NCBI GenBank assembly: GCA_013239625.1
Contig: MU054187.1
Coordinates: forward strand, 2,613,757-2,677,756
From: Lama guanicoe
Taxonomy: Eukaryota
Length of the DNA: 64,000 nt
Reading direction: 5' to 3'
Positions within the stretch are counted from its first letter, which is position 1; each line of letters begins with the position of its first letter. This document shows positions 37,806 through 50,960 of this stretch, in pieces. The translations under genes were made by a program, and so were the position numbers. The notes beneath the pieces were generated by a model. The model saw nothing but the letters and a program-made list of their open reading frames with translations, was not told the DNA's origin and did no database searches.

Positions 37806-40090
37806 AAGAACAAAGGGCCATGTAATCCTCCTTCCAGTCGCTATAACATTTACCAACGAAAAATTATTTACCATGCTTGATTCAGATTAACAAGTCCGTT
37901 TTTGACGTAGACAGTAGTGGTATACTGCCTGCCACCCGTTTCAGCGTGAAGTTTCTGATGCAGGTACTGAAATGCTAGCTAACCACTCCTGCCCTGTACT
38001 TCAAATACAATTTGCATGGAAATAATCAGCATACAGACGCTATAATATTGCCTGCACTGAAATTTTAAGAGATGTTAATTATTCAGTATGAAATTATCTT
38101 AAATCTTCTTATAAACCTGCCCATAGTTTAAAACAGGAAAGTATAAACAGTATTTAGAAAACACAAAACATCATTTAAATTTTATTGGAAAATCCAGAGG
38201 AGTGTGATTTCAACCAGCAACAAAGTGTTACAAAGAGGTACCCCATACCCCCTGCCCCCCGCCCCCAGTTTCCTTTTCTCCTAAGGAGTAGTCATGTTGC
38301 TTGATGCCACCGTGGGTAAACATGAATCCAGCCTGATAACCAAAACTGAAACAGAGTATCAGTGATTGGTTTTGTTCTGCTTATCCTCATGATAGGGAGA
38401 AAAAAAAATGTGTATACACCCACACACACCCTAATCAAAAAACAAAAACTACTAATGTCGTAGAAAATCCACGGGTCCCTGAGAATGCCTGGCATTTCCA
38501 AAGGCCCACAGCCCTACTCTGGAAACGCTAGACAAGCAGGTGAGTTTACTCGGCCTCCCAGAAGTGCTCCTGCCTTTAAGCCATTCGCAGAGTGTGACAG
38601 GAATATAAGTGTACTTGGTAACCTGTGGAGCCCTGCCAGGAAGGGCGATAGTTTCTTCTAAATGCTAAAGAAATCACCAAACCTAAATTGCTTAAAATGA
38701 GTGGAAGCAAATTAAAAGTGAACCAACAAAAATTTTAAATGAACCAAAAAAAAAATTCTCAGTGCATTGGATTGGAATTGAATCCATGTGAAATTTTAAA
38801 TGCCTGGCTTTTATCACAGGAAGGAAAAATTTTGTGAAGAAACTTCATGTATTGCGGTACCTGGAACTATGAAAAATATTTCGCTCATCCTCTCCGTGTA
38901 TTTCTCATGTGGGGATACAGGATATTACGCCTGATAGTATCCCAAATGGTGGATGTGGGGCTGCGCGGAGCAGGTATCTAGCTTGGTGGTGAGTTGTATT
39001 TCAGGAAGGACAAAATAAAGAATGCAGGAACTCACTAAGGATGCTGCAAGACAGATGAAGAGAATTTGTGCCATTTCAGAGAAGCTTCAAAAAGTTAAGC
39101 CTTGTACTAGGGCATCTGCAAAGCTGCACCGATACAGAACTAAGGTGAGGTTCTAGGACTAACCCTCCAAGAAGATCGTCAGTGCAGCATTTGCTTCAGG
39201 ACCCTGGGACAGTGCTCAGATTGTCCCAGGTTAATCTGAAGCCAATCAATCTACAGAGAACGTTGAACATGTTCTAAGGATGGGTTGGCGAGAGCAGGGT
39301 TATTTGTTTTGTGGCTTTATGTTCTCTAGTAGACGTCTGTTTTTCCTGGGGTGTATTAAATGACTGTTAAAAAAAAAAAGCACAACCCTTCAGTAGCATA
39401 AGGCACAACAAACAAAAGTAAAGTTGATCCAAAACACTACGCTCAGTGCATACGCTTGCTGTTATGTGTAGGTTTTTAGTGTAAAAAAATCAGCTTTAAA
39501 ATTATTTTTTCAACACTAATGTAACAATAATAGGGTATGTGTGCATGTATATAGCTAGACATATATATATGTAACATTTAATCTGCTGGTGATCAAAGTG
39601 ACAACTAATGTAATAATGAAGGAAATACAGACAAATGACTGGATTCGGTCCTGTTCCCTGCCGTGTGTTTGGTTCTGTAAATATCTACCTGGCGTCAAAT
39701 GTAGATTCTTCTCTGCTGTGGCTGCATTCTTTTTCTTTCTAGACTTAAAAGACACGAAGAACAGTTAACTCCACAGTCTCCCTGGCTACTTCTCCGCGGA
39801 TTCCACAGGGACTGAGTGCGCCCTGGACCTGCAGAGCCGCCTGGACAGTGGGAAGGACCTTCCTGGTTGGATGTTGGGGCAGCTCAGTCTACTAATGTGT
39901 CCCTTTCGGTATCGGTTTAACTGAAAGCTGCCTTCACTTACTGTCAGTCTGAAAGTGACTACAAGGAAGAGGGCCCGTTTCTCCCAGAGCTTTTATATTC
40001 CCTCTAGAGACTGTTTCTTTTCCAGTGGAAGACTTTATAGTCATTTATAACATGGGCCGTGCCAAAATGAGTGAAATACTGACTAAATGT

Positions 40091-40110
40091 CTAGCGCCAC
40101 CTATTGGTAG
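40091..40110 (-). promoter_or_regulatory. CTCF-like binding site
   Basis: Minus strand reads CTACCAATAGGTGGCGCTAG, a close match to the CTCF core CCASYAGRKGGCRS (one deviation), in otherwise AT-rich non-repeat DNA. Confidence 0.65.
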
Positions 40111-40529
40111 TAAAGTGTACGTTGATTCTTGGTGACTTAAACGTTCCCATTAAAGAGTAAGAGGAGGTGATTTTGACTATTTTTCCCCCAATTTCTACGT
40201 TCATATGCATACTTTATCATGACCAGTGTATTTAAATATTAATAATAATAATAATTGAATACTTTAGAGTTATTGTTTGAATTACTCAGTTTCACAGTTC
40301 CACATGCAGGCACAGTCTACTTTCAATAGTAATGTGAAAAAGGTAGAGAGATTCTGAAGTACCAGGAAGAAACAATAACATGGCATTTTTCACATTAAAA
40401 AAGTGCTTGTCTTGAAATACATATCATCACCCACAACACAAAGTGTCCTTTTAAAACAGTCTTTGGATTTTTTTTTTCCCCTGACATTTAAGAGTTTGAA
40501 ATAATAAAGCCATTTAAATTCAGTTACTC

Positions 40530-42175
40530 ATCTGTGCTAAGAAATAGATGGGCCACAAACAGAGCTGGATTTCCACATACAAAAGAATAAATACAATTGA
40601 ACACTGCTTCCATAATTAAATGGATTGAACACTTAAGCAAAATGAGGTCTATACATACAAGAAAATATTCAGCCTTAAAAGGGAAGGAAATTCTGATGCG
40701 TGTTACAACACAAATAGATTTTGAGAGCATTAAGCTAAGTGATACAAGCCAGTTGCAAAAAGACAAATATTATACTTTTAGGACAGAGTCAGATTCATAG
40801 AACAGAAAGTAGAATGATGGTTGCCAGAGGCTTGGGGTTGGGGAACCGGGGTGTTGTTTAGCTGCTGTGGAGTTTCAGTTTTGACAGGTGCAGGGTTCTG
40901 GGAATTAGTTGCATACCAATACCAATGTACTTACGCTACTGAATTGTACACTTAAAAATTGTTAAAATGATACATTTTATGTTGTGTTTTTAATTACAAT
41001 TAAAAATAAAGTCTAAGAAATGGCTCAAACAATGTAAATGCTCAAAGTATAAAATTCACTAAAGAAAACAGGCATAAGTCTTCATGATCTCGGATTAGGA
41101 AATAGTTTCTTAGATACGTCATGAAGAGCACAAGCGACCAATGAAAAAATTGACAAAAATGGGCTTTATCAGAATTAACCACTTTTGTGCTTCCAAGGAC
41201 TTCATCAAGTGAGTGAAAAGACAGCCTGGGAGAAAATACTTGCAAATCATGTATCTGATAAGAGACTTGCATCTAGACTATAAAAAGAACTCTCATAACA
41301 ACAACAAGAAGACCCGCCAATTTCAAAATGAGCTTGAGTCTGAATAGAACTCTTTCTCCAAGGAAGATACACAGTCACCAATAAGCACATGGAAAAATGC
41401 TCAATATCGTTAGTCATCGGGGAAATTCACATCAAAACTACAACCAGGTACTGGTTCACCCCCCCAGGATGGCTGCCATCAAAAAGGCTGAGAATCACAA
41501 GCGTCGGTGCGGACGTGAAGTCAGGACCTTCACGTGTTGCTGGTAGGAGTTTTAAATGGTGCAACCACTTTGGAAAACAGTCTGGTTGTTCCTCAGATGG
41601 TTGAACAGAAAGTTACTTTTGGGTTTAGCAATTCTGCCCCAAGAGAACTGAAAACATGAGTCTGTACAAAAACTTGTGTACAGATGTTCACAGCAGCATT
41701 ATTTATAATAGCCCCAAAGCAGAAACAAACCGAATGTCCATCAGTGAATGAATGGATAAGTCAAATATGGTGAATCCTTTGGACAGAACACTGTTCAGCT
41801 AGAGGGAGAAATGGAGTGCTGACTCATGTTGCCACAGCGATGAGCCTTGACAAGCATCCTGCCAAGTAAGAGAAGCCTGTCACGAAGGACCAGAGGGTGA
41901 GTGATCCCATTTCTGTGAAATGTCCGAAACAGGCAAAACTACAGAGACAAAAAGTCAGTCAGCGATGTCCTAGGGCCCAGAAGGTAGGGGATGGGGCAGT
42001 GAGGAGTGACTGCTAAGGGTTTCTTTTCAGGGAGGTGGAACGTTTAAAACTGATTGTGCTTACGGTTGCAGAGACCTGTGAGTATGCTAAAAGCCAGTGA
42101 ACGAATTTTCCCCTTTAAAAAGGTGAATTGTAGGACACGTCAAATGTATTCCAAAAAAGAGCTCTTATTTAAAAA
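40530..42175 (+). mobile_element. Old L1M fragment with a nested L1 3' end (about 40610-41010)
   Basis: ORF2-end/3' UTR text (AAAATACTTGCAAATCATGTATCTGATAAG, CAACCACTTTGGAAAACAGTCTGG, CACAGCAGCATTATTTATAATAGCC) interrupted by a second terminus ending TACAATTAAAAATAAA. Confidence 0.85.
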
Positions 42176-45100
42176 AGAGAGAGTGAATGGGTCCATTCAG
42201 CATCATTAACTTGTGACATTGATTAAAACAGTTTAGAACGGTAAAGACTAGAAAGAGAGACTCTGAACACCCTTGCCGGTATTAAGGCATAGAAAATGAA
42301 TAGAGTCTAGATTTAATGAATGTAAGGTTTTACGGTGATTTATGCTTTGAACTTCATTTCGTGACAGTAAGTAATTTCCACTAAAATTGAAAATAGAGGC
42401 ATTGTTATCATTCTGTATCCCACACTCGTTCTTTACAGTCAGCAACAATTCAGAACGTGAAAGACTCCCCTAGGTAAACTCATTTTAAAGGTCTTGATTT
42501 TCACAGCCGCCTCCTGCATTTGGAAGCTTAAAGAATCCCTAGGGCAAGGTTTCACCGAGCCTCTTGAGAACCACCTGGGTGAGAATTTCCTTGGCTGCTC
42601 GGTGAAAATGCAGATTCGTAGAAGTTTCCGCCAGCCCACCACAGCCCCAGGTGACTTTTATGCACACTAGAATGGGTCGATTGAGAAACAGTCTCCCCTG
42701 CCTCATCTGAGAGGTGGGACTTTTGAAATCTTATCACCGTATGGAGAAGTATAGAATCCTAGACTGTGAAAACTGAGAGGCACCCAGGAGTCATCTTGTG
42801 CAACCGTCTCATTTTATGGAAGAAGAAATGAGATGATTAACCCAAAGCCACACTGCCCTACAGGGCCGTGACCGGGACCAGGCAGGGCGCGGGGGCTCTG
42901 ATGCCAGGGCAGCCCTGGGTCAGATGGGGCAGAACTAGGCAGACTGGGTACCACTGCCCCTGAGTACATCCTTCCACCGTCAGGTGGGACCTCGAATCTT
43001 GGTTCGAAATACCAACTCCAGAGAAAAGAGGACTGAAATAGCATGAGAAGAGGAGGAGCTGCCACTGCAGAGGTCATCTTACTTACTTTCTCTGTACAGC
43101 TTTTCTGCATGCATTCAGTTTAATATTTAGTCTCTAGAAAGCATCTCATGCTGTCTCTTAAATGCTATGCATGTATGTAGGTGGGAAAGCTGACTGCTGT
43201 GTTGGTGCGGTGACTATTACTTTCTAGCTAGAGACTGGTGGCTCCCGATGGAGAATTTTCTAGTTTCTTGAGATGTTTCAACAAAACAGTGTCAGAAGAC
43301 GGTTCTCTCTCCCTCTCTCCCCCTCCCTCCCCCTCCCTCCCCGTCTCTCCCCCCTCTCTCTCCCCTTCTTTCTTTCCTTCTTCTGCTCTGGAAATTGGCC
43401 AGCGAGATTATTTATGGCTCCCAGTTCACATCACACCTTAATAATAAACAGGAGCAGTTTTCCTTTGTTTTCAAATTTCAACAGCAGGGTAGTTAAAAAT
43501 TGGCTCCCATCAGAAAGCTCTTTCTCCAAGTCTAATGTGCTATGCCGTGTATATACATGATTAACCAGTACAATACGTACAGCAAAGAAGCCAGGTGAGA
43601 GATTTATTGATTCTGGCTGAAACAAATTGAAAAGTAACCTTGAACACTTTGTGAGTCCATAATGAGCTCCACACATCAGCCTGGGGGCCAGGTTAGCCCG
43701 TCCACTTAGTTGAGGCAAAGAGCCTGTGTTTGATCTAACTTAATAAAGTAATTCCAATGTAAAAAGTAGGTCAAAATGATGACATTCTAAAATTCAAAGT
43801 TCTTTTTTTTTAATAAGAGGAATGCATTTATTTTAAGTGGGATTAATGATTTTGGTAAAAGATAGTATTTTGTTAGATACTTTGAAAGGACTGTCTAACC
43901 AATGAGTACTTTGTGGTTGATTTGTGGGACGAATGAATGTCCCCAAGTTCAGAGCTGATTCCAAGTAACACTCAATGACTCAGCTCTTCGAGAAAATGTC
44001 CCTGCCTCTGATGAGTCAAAATTCAAATTGGGACCAGAAACTAGAACATGGAGTTATTTAGCGTAGCTGATAGGACTCTGTTCTACTGGTAATCACCCCA
44101 TGCGAGTTAAATGTTACCTGGCAGTATTATGAGGCTGTGTCTTCTGAAATTAAGTATAAGCTTTAAAAAAAATCTGAATAATCAGAACAGTATAAAGAGC
44201 AATCATTATTAAACCCTCCTCCACCAATTAACTTTCTGAAACCAGAAACGGATAGACTGTGTGTATATAAGCACATGTGAATTATTAGGTTAGTAGATTT
44301 CAATGTCAACTTTCAAACTCAGATTTTTTTTGTTATTGATAGTTTTTGGTTAGTTGGTTGGTTTAGGAACCATTAAAGAAATATGTCTTTCCTTGGATCT
44401 TAAATTCATAATGTTTTTCTGTTTAAGTTAGGAATGATCCGTTTCTATAAAAGTAGAGAATTCCATTTTTACGGGAGCTGAGAAGTAGGTGAGAGTGGGT
44501 AAAGATAAATTAGCATTTTGGTTATTGGGAAATCGTGATTCTTTTTAGGGATGTAGCCCCACACACCCCCTTTTTTCCCCAGGCCCAAAATAAGAGTGAC
44601 TAAGCTCCCCAGAGTGTGGGTAATAAAAGAGTGAAAGTTTTCATTCTGACCACCATATACTACTTGTTTTGGTAGAAAAATCGCCCACCGATTTCAAACT
44701 AAACAGTAAGCTCTTGGTTTGTTTACTGTAGAAGTCTTATTTTCTCTTCTAACAAATGTTTCCAAACAGAGAATTTACCACAATTTTAGGAAAATATTTC
44801 TCTTTGAGACAAGAAGGACAAATAAGATGTTTAAACAGCAGCAGGTAAAGACCCTGGGGTGCCAGCATCCCCCACACCCAAGACGTCCCCGCTTCACAAT
44901 GAAACGGCTGTGTTCCTGCCCCCAAGGAGAGCTCTCTAGAAATTTCCACCTTAGGGCATGTTGCCACAGACGCTCAGGCTTAAATCAGAACACACTCCTG
45001 TTAGTACAGAGCTCGGTTTGTAGAGAAATAATTATTCTCTTTGTCATTTTGAGTCCTCAGGCACAGAAAGAAAGCATTTTCACACAGAACACGGTCACAA

Positions 45101-45944
45101 GCCTTTTAAATCCATTTGTAAAATTATTTTGGTTCTTATGGAAAAAGATGAAATATTGAGTACTGATGAAAATTTCCTCCTACGTAAGTATTTTTCAAGC
45201 TCATTTAGCCCCCAACCTGACATAATATCACTAAACATTAAGTTAAATGTTTCTAGAATATTTCATCAAATCCCAAAATGAACAAGTAAGACTGGAGAAA
45301 AATTGCTAACCAGCATGTATTAGGGAAATGAAAGAAGGTTGTATGTTAAAATTTTCTTCCCATCTCTGAAATTATAAATGTCATTTTAAGTTGATTCACT
45401 TAAAAGTTGATTACTACTTAAGGTAAACATATATTTCTTTTTCTTTTTTTAAGTTCATCAGTGTTCCTGCCACAAGCCTTAACTGCGGTTTAGTCTTAGT
45501 AAGACTGAGAAAGTGAGGGTGAAAACTCATTTGCCCGTTCCGGGCAGGAAGGTGGGAGAAGAGGAGACATTTAGGGTTCTGAAGTAGATTTGTAGAAATG
45601 CGTTGAGAAAGCTCTTTCCAGAGTATCTGTGCATTCAGGTTTAAAACAAGACATAAAATAGTAGATAAAGCTTAAAAGCAAACTTGTCAGATGATAACAT
45701 TATCCTATAACTAATCATAAATCAATTAGCTTATGTGCTAGAGCATTTTTCTATTAACTACCCCGGAGAGAAGATGATCCATTTACTGCCGGGTGGAAAC
45801 GTGCCTGCGCTGGGGTGGGGGGAGGCAGGAGGAATCCCGTCCTGCTGGCTGCTGTCTCAGGTGGTGCGTCTTCCAACCAGCGTTTGATTTCAAATGAAAC
45901 GCTTAATATCTGTCTCTTCCAGACTGTCTCTGATTTCTAAGTTT

Positions 45945-46285
45945 TTAAATAAGAGCTTTATGGAGATAGAATTTATATACTGTACCATTCACCCATTTAA
46001 AGTGTACAGTTCAGTGGTTTTTAGTCAATTCAGAGCTTGTGCAGTCATTTCCACAATCAAGTTTATAATGTTTTCATTAACCCCCCAAAAGAAACCCCAT
46101 ACCTTTTAGTCATCACCCCCTGCCTCGCAGCTCCTTTATACCCTCTCCCCCAGCTCTAAGCAACTGATAATCCATGTTCTGTCTCTAGATTCGCCTATTC
46201 TGGACACTTCATACAGATGGGATTTTGCAGGATGTGATCTTTTGTGACTGGCTTCTTCACGCAGCGTGATGTGTTTTCAAGGTTT
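45945..46285 (-). mobile_element. Old L1M 3'-end fragment
   Basis: GCTTTATGGAGATAGAATTTATATACTGTACCATTCACCCATTTAAAGTGTACAGTTCAGTGG. Confidence 0.75.
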
Positions 46286-47329
46286 AATGTCTAATTGAAA
46301 AACAAACTTCCATTTGGGAAGAATTTCAAATTTCCAGAAGAGTTACTAAAATAAAAATTGTACAAAAAGTCCGTATGTCCCTTATCCAGATTCACCTATT
46401 GTTAATCAAACATCTGAAGGCTTTTGACGTCTTTGTTACTGCAGCAATGAGACATTTTTTAAAAGTTGTATTTATTGGGTGCTTATAAATAATGTGGATT
46501 GCCATTTTGAACCTTCTTAAAATGACTTGAAACCCAGGAGCTAACTCCGTGGTAGACATGTATTTGATACAGGCCAGCTGATTTTGTGGATGTACCCAGC
46601 AGTACATGAAATTGGAAGGTTCTAGAAACAGAAATGAACTGAAATGAACACACAGGAAACAGAACTTAAGGAGGCCAAGAAGACACCAAGGTCTTTCCCA
46701 CCATTCTTATCCAATTGGACTTCTCATCAACCAGCATTTACTAGGCACCTCACTTTGCATCCCAGAGTGGTATAAAGTCATGTAAGGAACGGGAGGACAG
46801 GTGGTGAGTTTTAACAAAAACAACCACTTGCAAAATACTGTGGCCTGAACTCTGTTAGCAAAATTATGAAAAGTAGTTATGGAAGGCATGAATAACTAAC
46901 CCTCTCTGGGAGGAAGACACTGCAGGAATCGCAGAAGGGGATGTCCCTTGAGAAAGCTCTGGACATTCTTTTCCCTACTGGCCAAAAGCATTAAAGATGG
47001 CCCAGGCTCTGTCTTTTTATGGAAGAAGTGATAAGGTGACGTTAAGAAATCCTTTCCTTTGAAGCTTTATTATTTTGCAAATAACCAGCTTCCTTAGTTC
47101 GTGTTTTAGGGGAAATCGCGCTCAGGGTACCCTGCATTTAAACTAGCATACTTGATAGTTTCCTCTACATTGCAAACATGCGTGTATATGTATAACTGGA
47201 TCGCTTTGCTGTACACCTGAAACTAATATTGTACATCAACTATACTTCAATAAAAAATAAAAAAAATAGCATGCAGCATAGTTTTCCTCTATGTTGCAAC
47301 AATTCTGGTGCACGTCATTCAGTTTACTA

Positions 47330-47475
47330 TTTTTTTTTGGTCTTTTTCTTAGGGGGGGTGGTAATTAGGTTTATTTATTTATTTATTTATTTAATTAATA
47401 GAGGCACTGGGGATTGAACCCAGGACCTTGTGCATGCTGAGCATGCACTCTACCACTGATCTATACCCTCCCCCA
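47330..47475 (-). mobile_element. tRNA-derived camelid-type SINE
   Basis: Antisense SINE (GGGGATTGAACCCAGGACC...CTACCACTGATCTATACCCTCCCC) with TSD CAGTTTACTA on both sides. Confidence 0.9.
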
Positions 47476-50449
47476 GTTTACTACTTATAATATGTTAAAG
47501 TAGCATTTCCCAGCCCAGGCGGGGAACAGGACGCTGAGGATGCCTGTGACACAGGTTCCCGGGGCCCCTGCAGGGTGATGGAAGCTCTGTTGGGCAAGTC
47601 TGGGAAACTGAAGCACATCCCCCAGGAGTTTATGATGCTAAGCTCAACTTAGAAACACCCCGTTACCAGATTCCTCATCAAAGCTTAGTTTATGGATGTA
47701 AAACGTGTTACCGCAAAAATACTAAATAAAAAGCATGTTGTTCTAAGCCTTCAGGGCAGGTCGGAGCGCTCTAGGAATTCAAGGGGACTGGAGGCCTTCA
47801 GGAGGTGGAGGAATAATCAATCAGGGGCTAACGGGAAGATGGCAGAATGGGGTTTTTGCCTGCATGAAGCCACGTGAACAGTGTCAGAAGGTAGGAAAGG
47901 CATAAACTGTGGAATCAACCAATCCGATCCTTCCTAGGGTTTGTGACTCTGGGTGAGTCATTTCATCCCTGAACCCCATTTTCCTCTTGTGAAATGTAGA
48001 AAGGAAGAAAGAAGTAAGCATATCTAACTGGTAGGGTTATTTTGAAGGTTAAATTGAAGTATGTATATACAAATACTTTGCAACATACTGGGTAAATATT
48101 AATTATTATATTTTGTAAAACAACAAATCACTTTTGCACACCTGTGTCCTTTAAAAAGCAATACCAACTTTTTTTTTAAGGAGCCAACCTACCACATTAA
48201 ATGTATTATGCAAGTCCGTTATATTGGAAAATAAATCTACAAAAGAAACCGTTTTTTCTCCTTAGTGTATTATTCTCTGTGGTAGAGATTTTAATAGTTC
48301 TTGCTCTAAAAGACTTGACATTTGCGGACGCGTGACTTAGAGAAAACCTGCAGATGTTTGACACAATGAAATAAGATAGTTTGATGATAATTTGAATGCA
48401 AGGAAGCTATTTATAAAAAAATTGTAAAACTGAGGGAATATGACTAGACAATCAAGCATGTTTGAGAGTATAACTAATTGCAATTTTGAATGGAAGGAGT
48501 TTTGGAAACAGTATCTGCCTGGAAAATACAAATTCACATCGATTAACAAGTTAAAGCCCTCTGTCTGAACAAAGGCCTTAGTATGGTAATAATACATTAG
48601 TGATACCAAAAATGTCAATATTTTGTTATACAGAAATATTTTGTTATATGGAAACATTTTCCTTCTTTGGAAAGTTAGCAGCCACAGCTCTTTGTTGGCA
48701 GTGATGGGAACAAAAGGAAGATGGGAACTGAAGGGATTTGTGACAGGGAACTTAGAAATCAGAATGAGTTGGGGGATGGGGTGAGCAGAGTTTGGCCCAA
48801 AAGCCTGATCCCATTAAAAGACAAAGGATGCCGCAAGTCAGGGAAGCAGCCCAGAGCACCTGCAGGGACAGCACAGGGCGGCCTTCGTGTTGTCAGAGCT
48901 TTAAATGCTTTAGGTGAAGGACTTCATCCTTTAGCTTTGGCTTCTGGTCCCAGGTCCCCCAAACAAACAAGCAAAATGTGTGTGTGTGTATTTAAAATAT
49001 AAAAATTATATGACATATATTAAAGATATGTGGGAGCAGCCACAGCTAATAATGTAGCTTGAGATATTTGGCAGCAGAAGAAAGAATTCAGATCGGCGAC
49101 TTGGAAGCAGGTCACTGGAGGGTTACCTTAACCTAAGAGGTCCACTGCCAGCTCTCTCCTCTTTAACCCCCGGTGCGCTGGCTTCGCAGGCTTTCCCTCC
49201 CGCCCCAGCGTGCCCCCCCAGCAGCGGAGCTGAACGCGTCCACCTCCGCTCAGCCCCGCGGCCTGACGGCCAAGGCGGACAACCCCGCTGTCCCACAGTA
49301 AACACTGGCAGTAAACGGCCTGCTGCTGACCTGGCGCTTACCAGTGACGGACCTCATCTAATACCACTTTTATAATCAATGGGATGTTTCCTTTAAAGAA
49401 ATAAATAAGGAACTGGGGACCTGAAATTGCAAAAGGACAAAAGGGCTGCGGCCTGCAGGCCGGTCTTCCCTGGGGCGGAGGCCTGAGGTCTGCGTTCTGC
49501 GCCTGGGTGCAGGGTGGATGCGGGGTGGGTGTGGGGTACCCAGGCCTCAGGGGAGTTAACGGCCAGGGAGCAGCTTGGAACTTTGGGAGCAGTTTGAGAG
49601 TCGGCTGATGTCTGAGGAACCTCGTCATTAAAAATGGGAGCTTGTGTTTTACATGACTTGGTTATTTTATTTTTCTAGTGATTTCTTTTTATTGCATTTT
49701 AAAGGCCTCGATGGGGGACAGAAATAAAGGCAGAACCAGATCCTTCTGCACAGCCACTTTGCGAAGCTTTAAAGATGGCTTCATTTCCATCAGCACTTCA
49801 GCCTCGAGTCATTTTCTCCCCAGAAACAGTGGCCCGGCGTCTGGGGCGGGGTGGGGTGGGCGCGGGTCCTCAGATCTCCTGGGTGTTTGCGGTGGGCGTC
49901 GGGCTCCTTCTGAGTCGGCCTGCAGGTGGCTCGGCAGAGGTTCCTTCCTCCCAGCTCCTGGCTCCAGGTGATCGCTGTGGTCTCATCCCCTCAGCAAACA
50001 CCTTCAAAGAGCCGGCTGCAGATACAGAGCGGCGGGGAGACTGGGCTCCTCCAAACAGGGAGATTGCAGTGGGGAGGGAGGTGAAAATCATATTCTTAAT
50101 CACAAACAAACACAATTAACTGGCAGCTGGATTAAGATACCTAATCAGTCAAAATTATTTAGAGGCTCTTATAACTAACACCCCCCTTTTGTAAGTTCTT
50201 AGTTACTCTGGGAGATAACACTCTGTTAATGAAATACGCGTCTGTAGGGAACATTCCTCGTCTTAAAGTGACAGAAGGAGGCTTCAATAAAAGCAACACA
50301 GGCCTTGAGAGAAAAGAGTGTTTAAAGAAAAAGACGAGACATGGGAGAACGCGCAGCGAGAGAACGCGCAGCGAGAGATCGCCCAGCAGTCAAGCATCCC
50401 CAGTTTTGGTCCCACTCAGGGCAGAGGGACATCCTCCGATGGGGCCATC

Positions 50450-50960
50450 TTTCATCCATTCAGCTCATCTTGCTGAGTTCCGATGATGTGCCTGCCAGTC
50501 GCCAGCTGTCCTGGGCACGCGGACAGGGCAGTGAGCATCACCACTGAGGTCTCAGGGAGCTAGCATTTTAATGGGGAGAGGACAGACAATAAACAAACAA
50601 GTGTAAAATACGGTGACTGCTAATAATAAGTGCTTATGGGACATTATGAACCAAGTAAGAAAACAGAGCATGACAAGTGTGTGTGTGGGGAGGGGGTGGC
50701 GGTGATGGCAGATGGTGACTATTTTAGTGGTAGGATGGTCTCCCAGAGTAGGTGTCTTTGGATGGGGGAGCCAACCACAGGAAAATACTGGGGACTTTGG
50801 TTCCACGCAGAGGGAAGAGAACGTAGGCTTCAAGGAGGAAAGAGCTTGGCATGTTTCAGAAGCAACCAGAGGCCAGTCGGCTAGACCGCAGCAAAGGAGG
50901 CACCTATGTGGGGCCATGTGGCCGCCATGATGGTTGGGGCGTTCACACACGATCGAACTG
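50450..50960 (-). mobile_element. L2 fragment
   Basis: TTCATCCATTCAG...TGTGCC...GGGGAGAGGACAGACAATAAACAAACAAG...GAAAGAGCTTGGCATGTTTCAG is L2 3' text. Confidence 0.6.
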
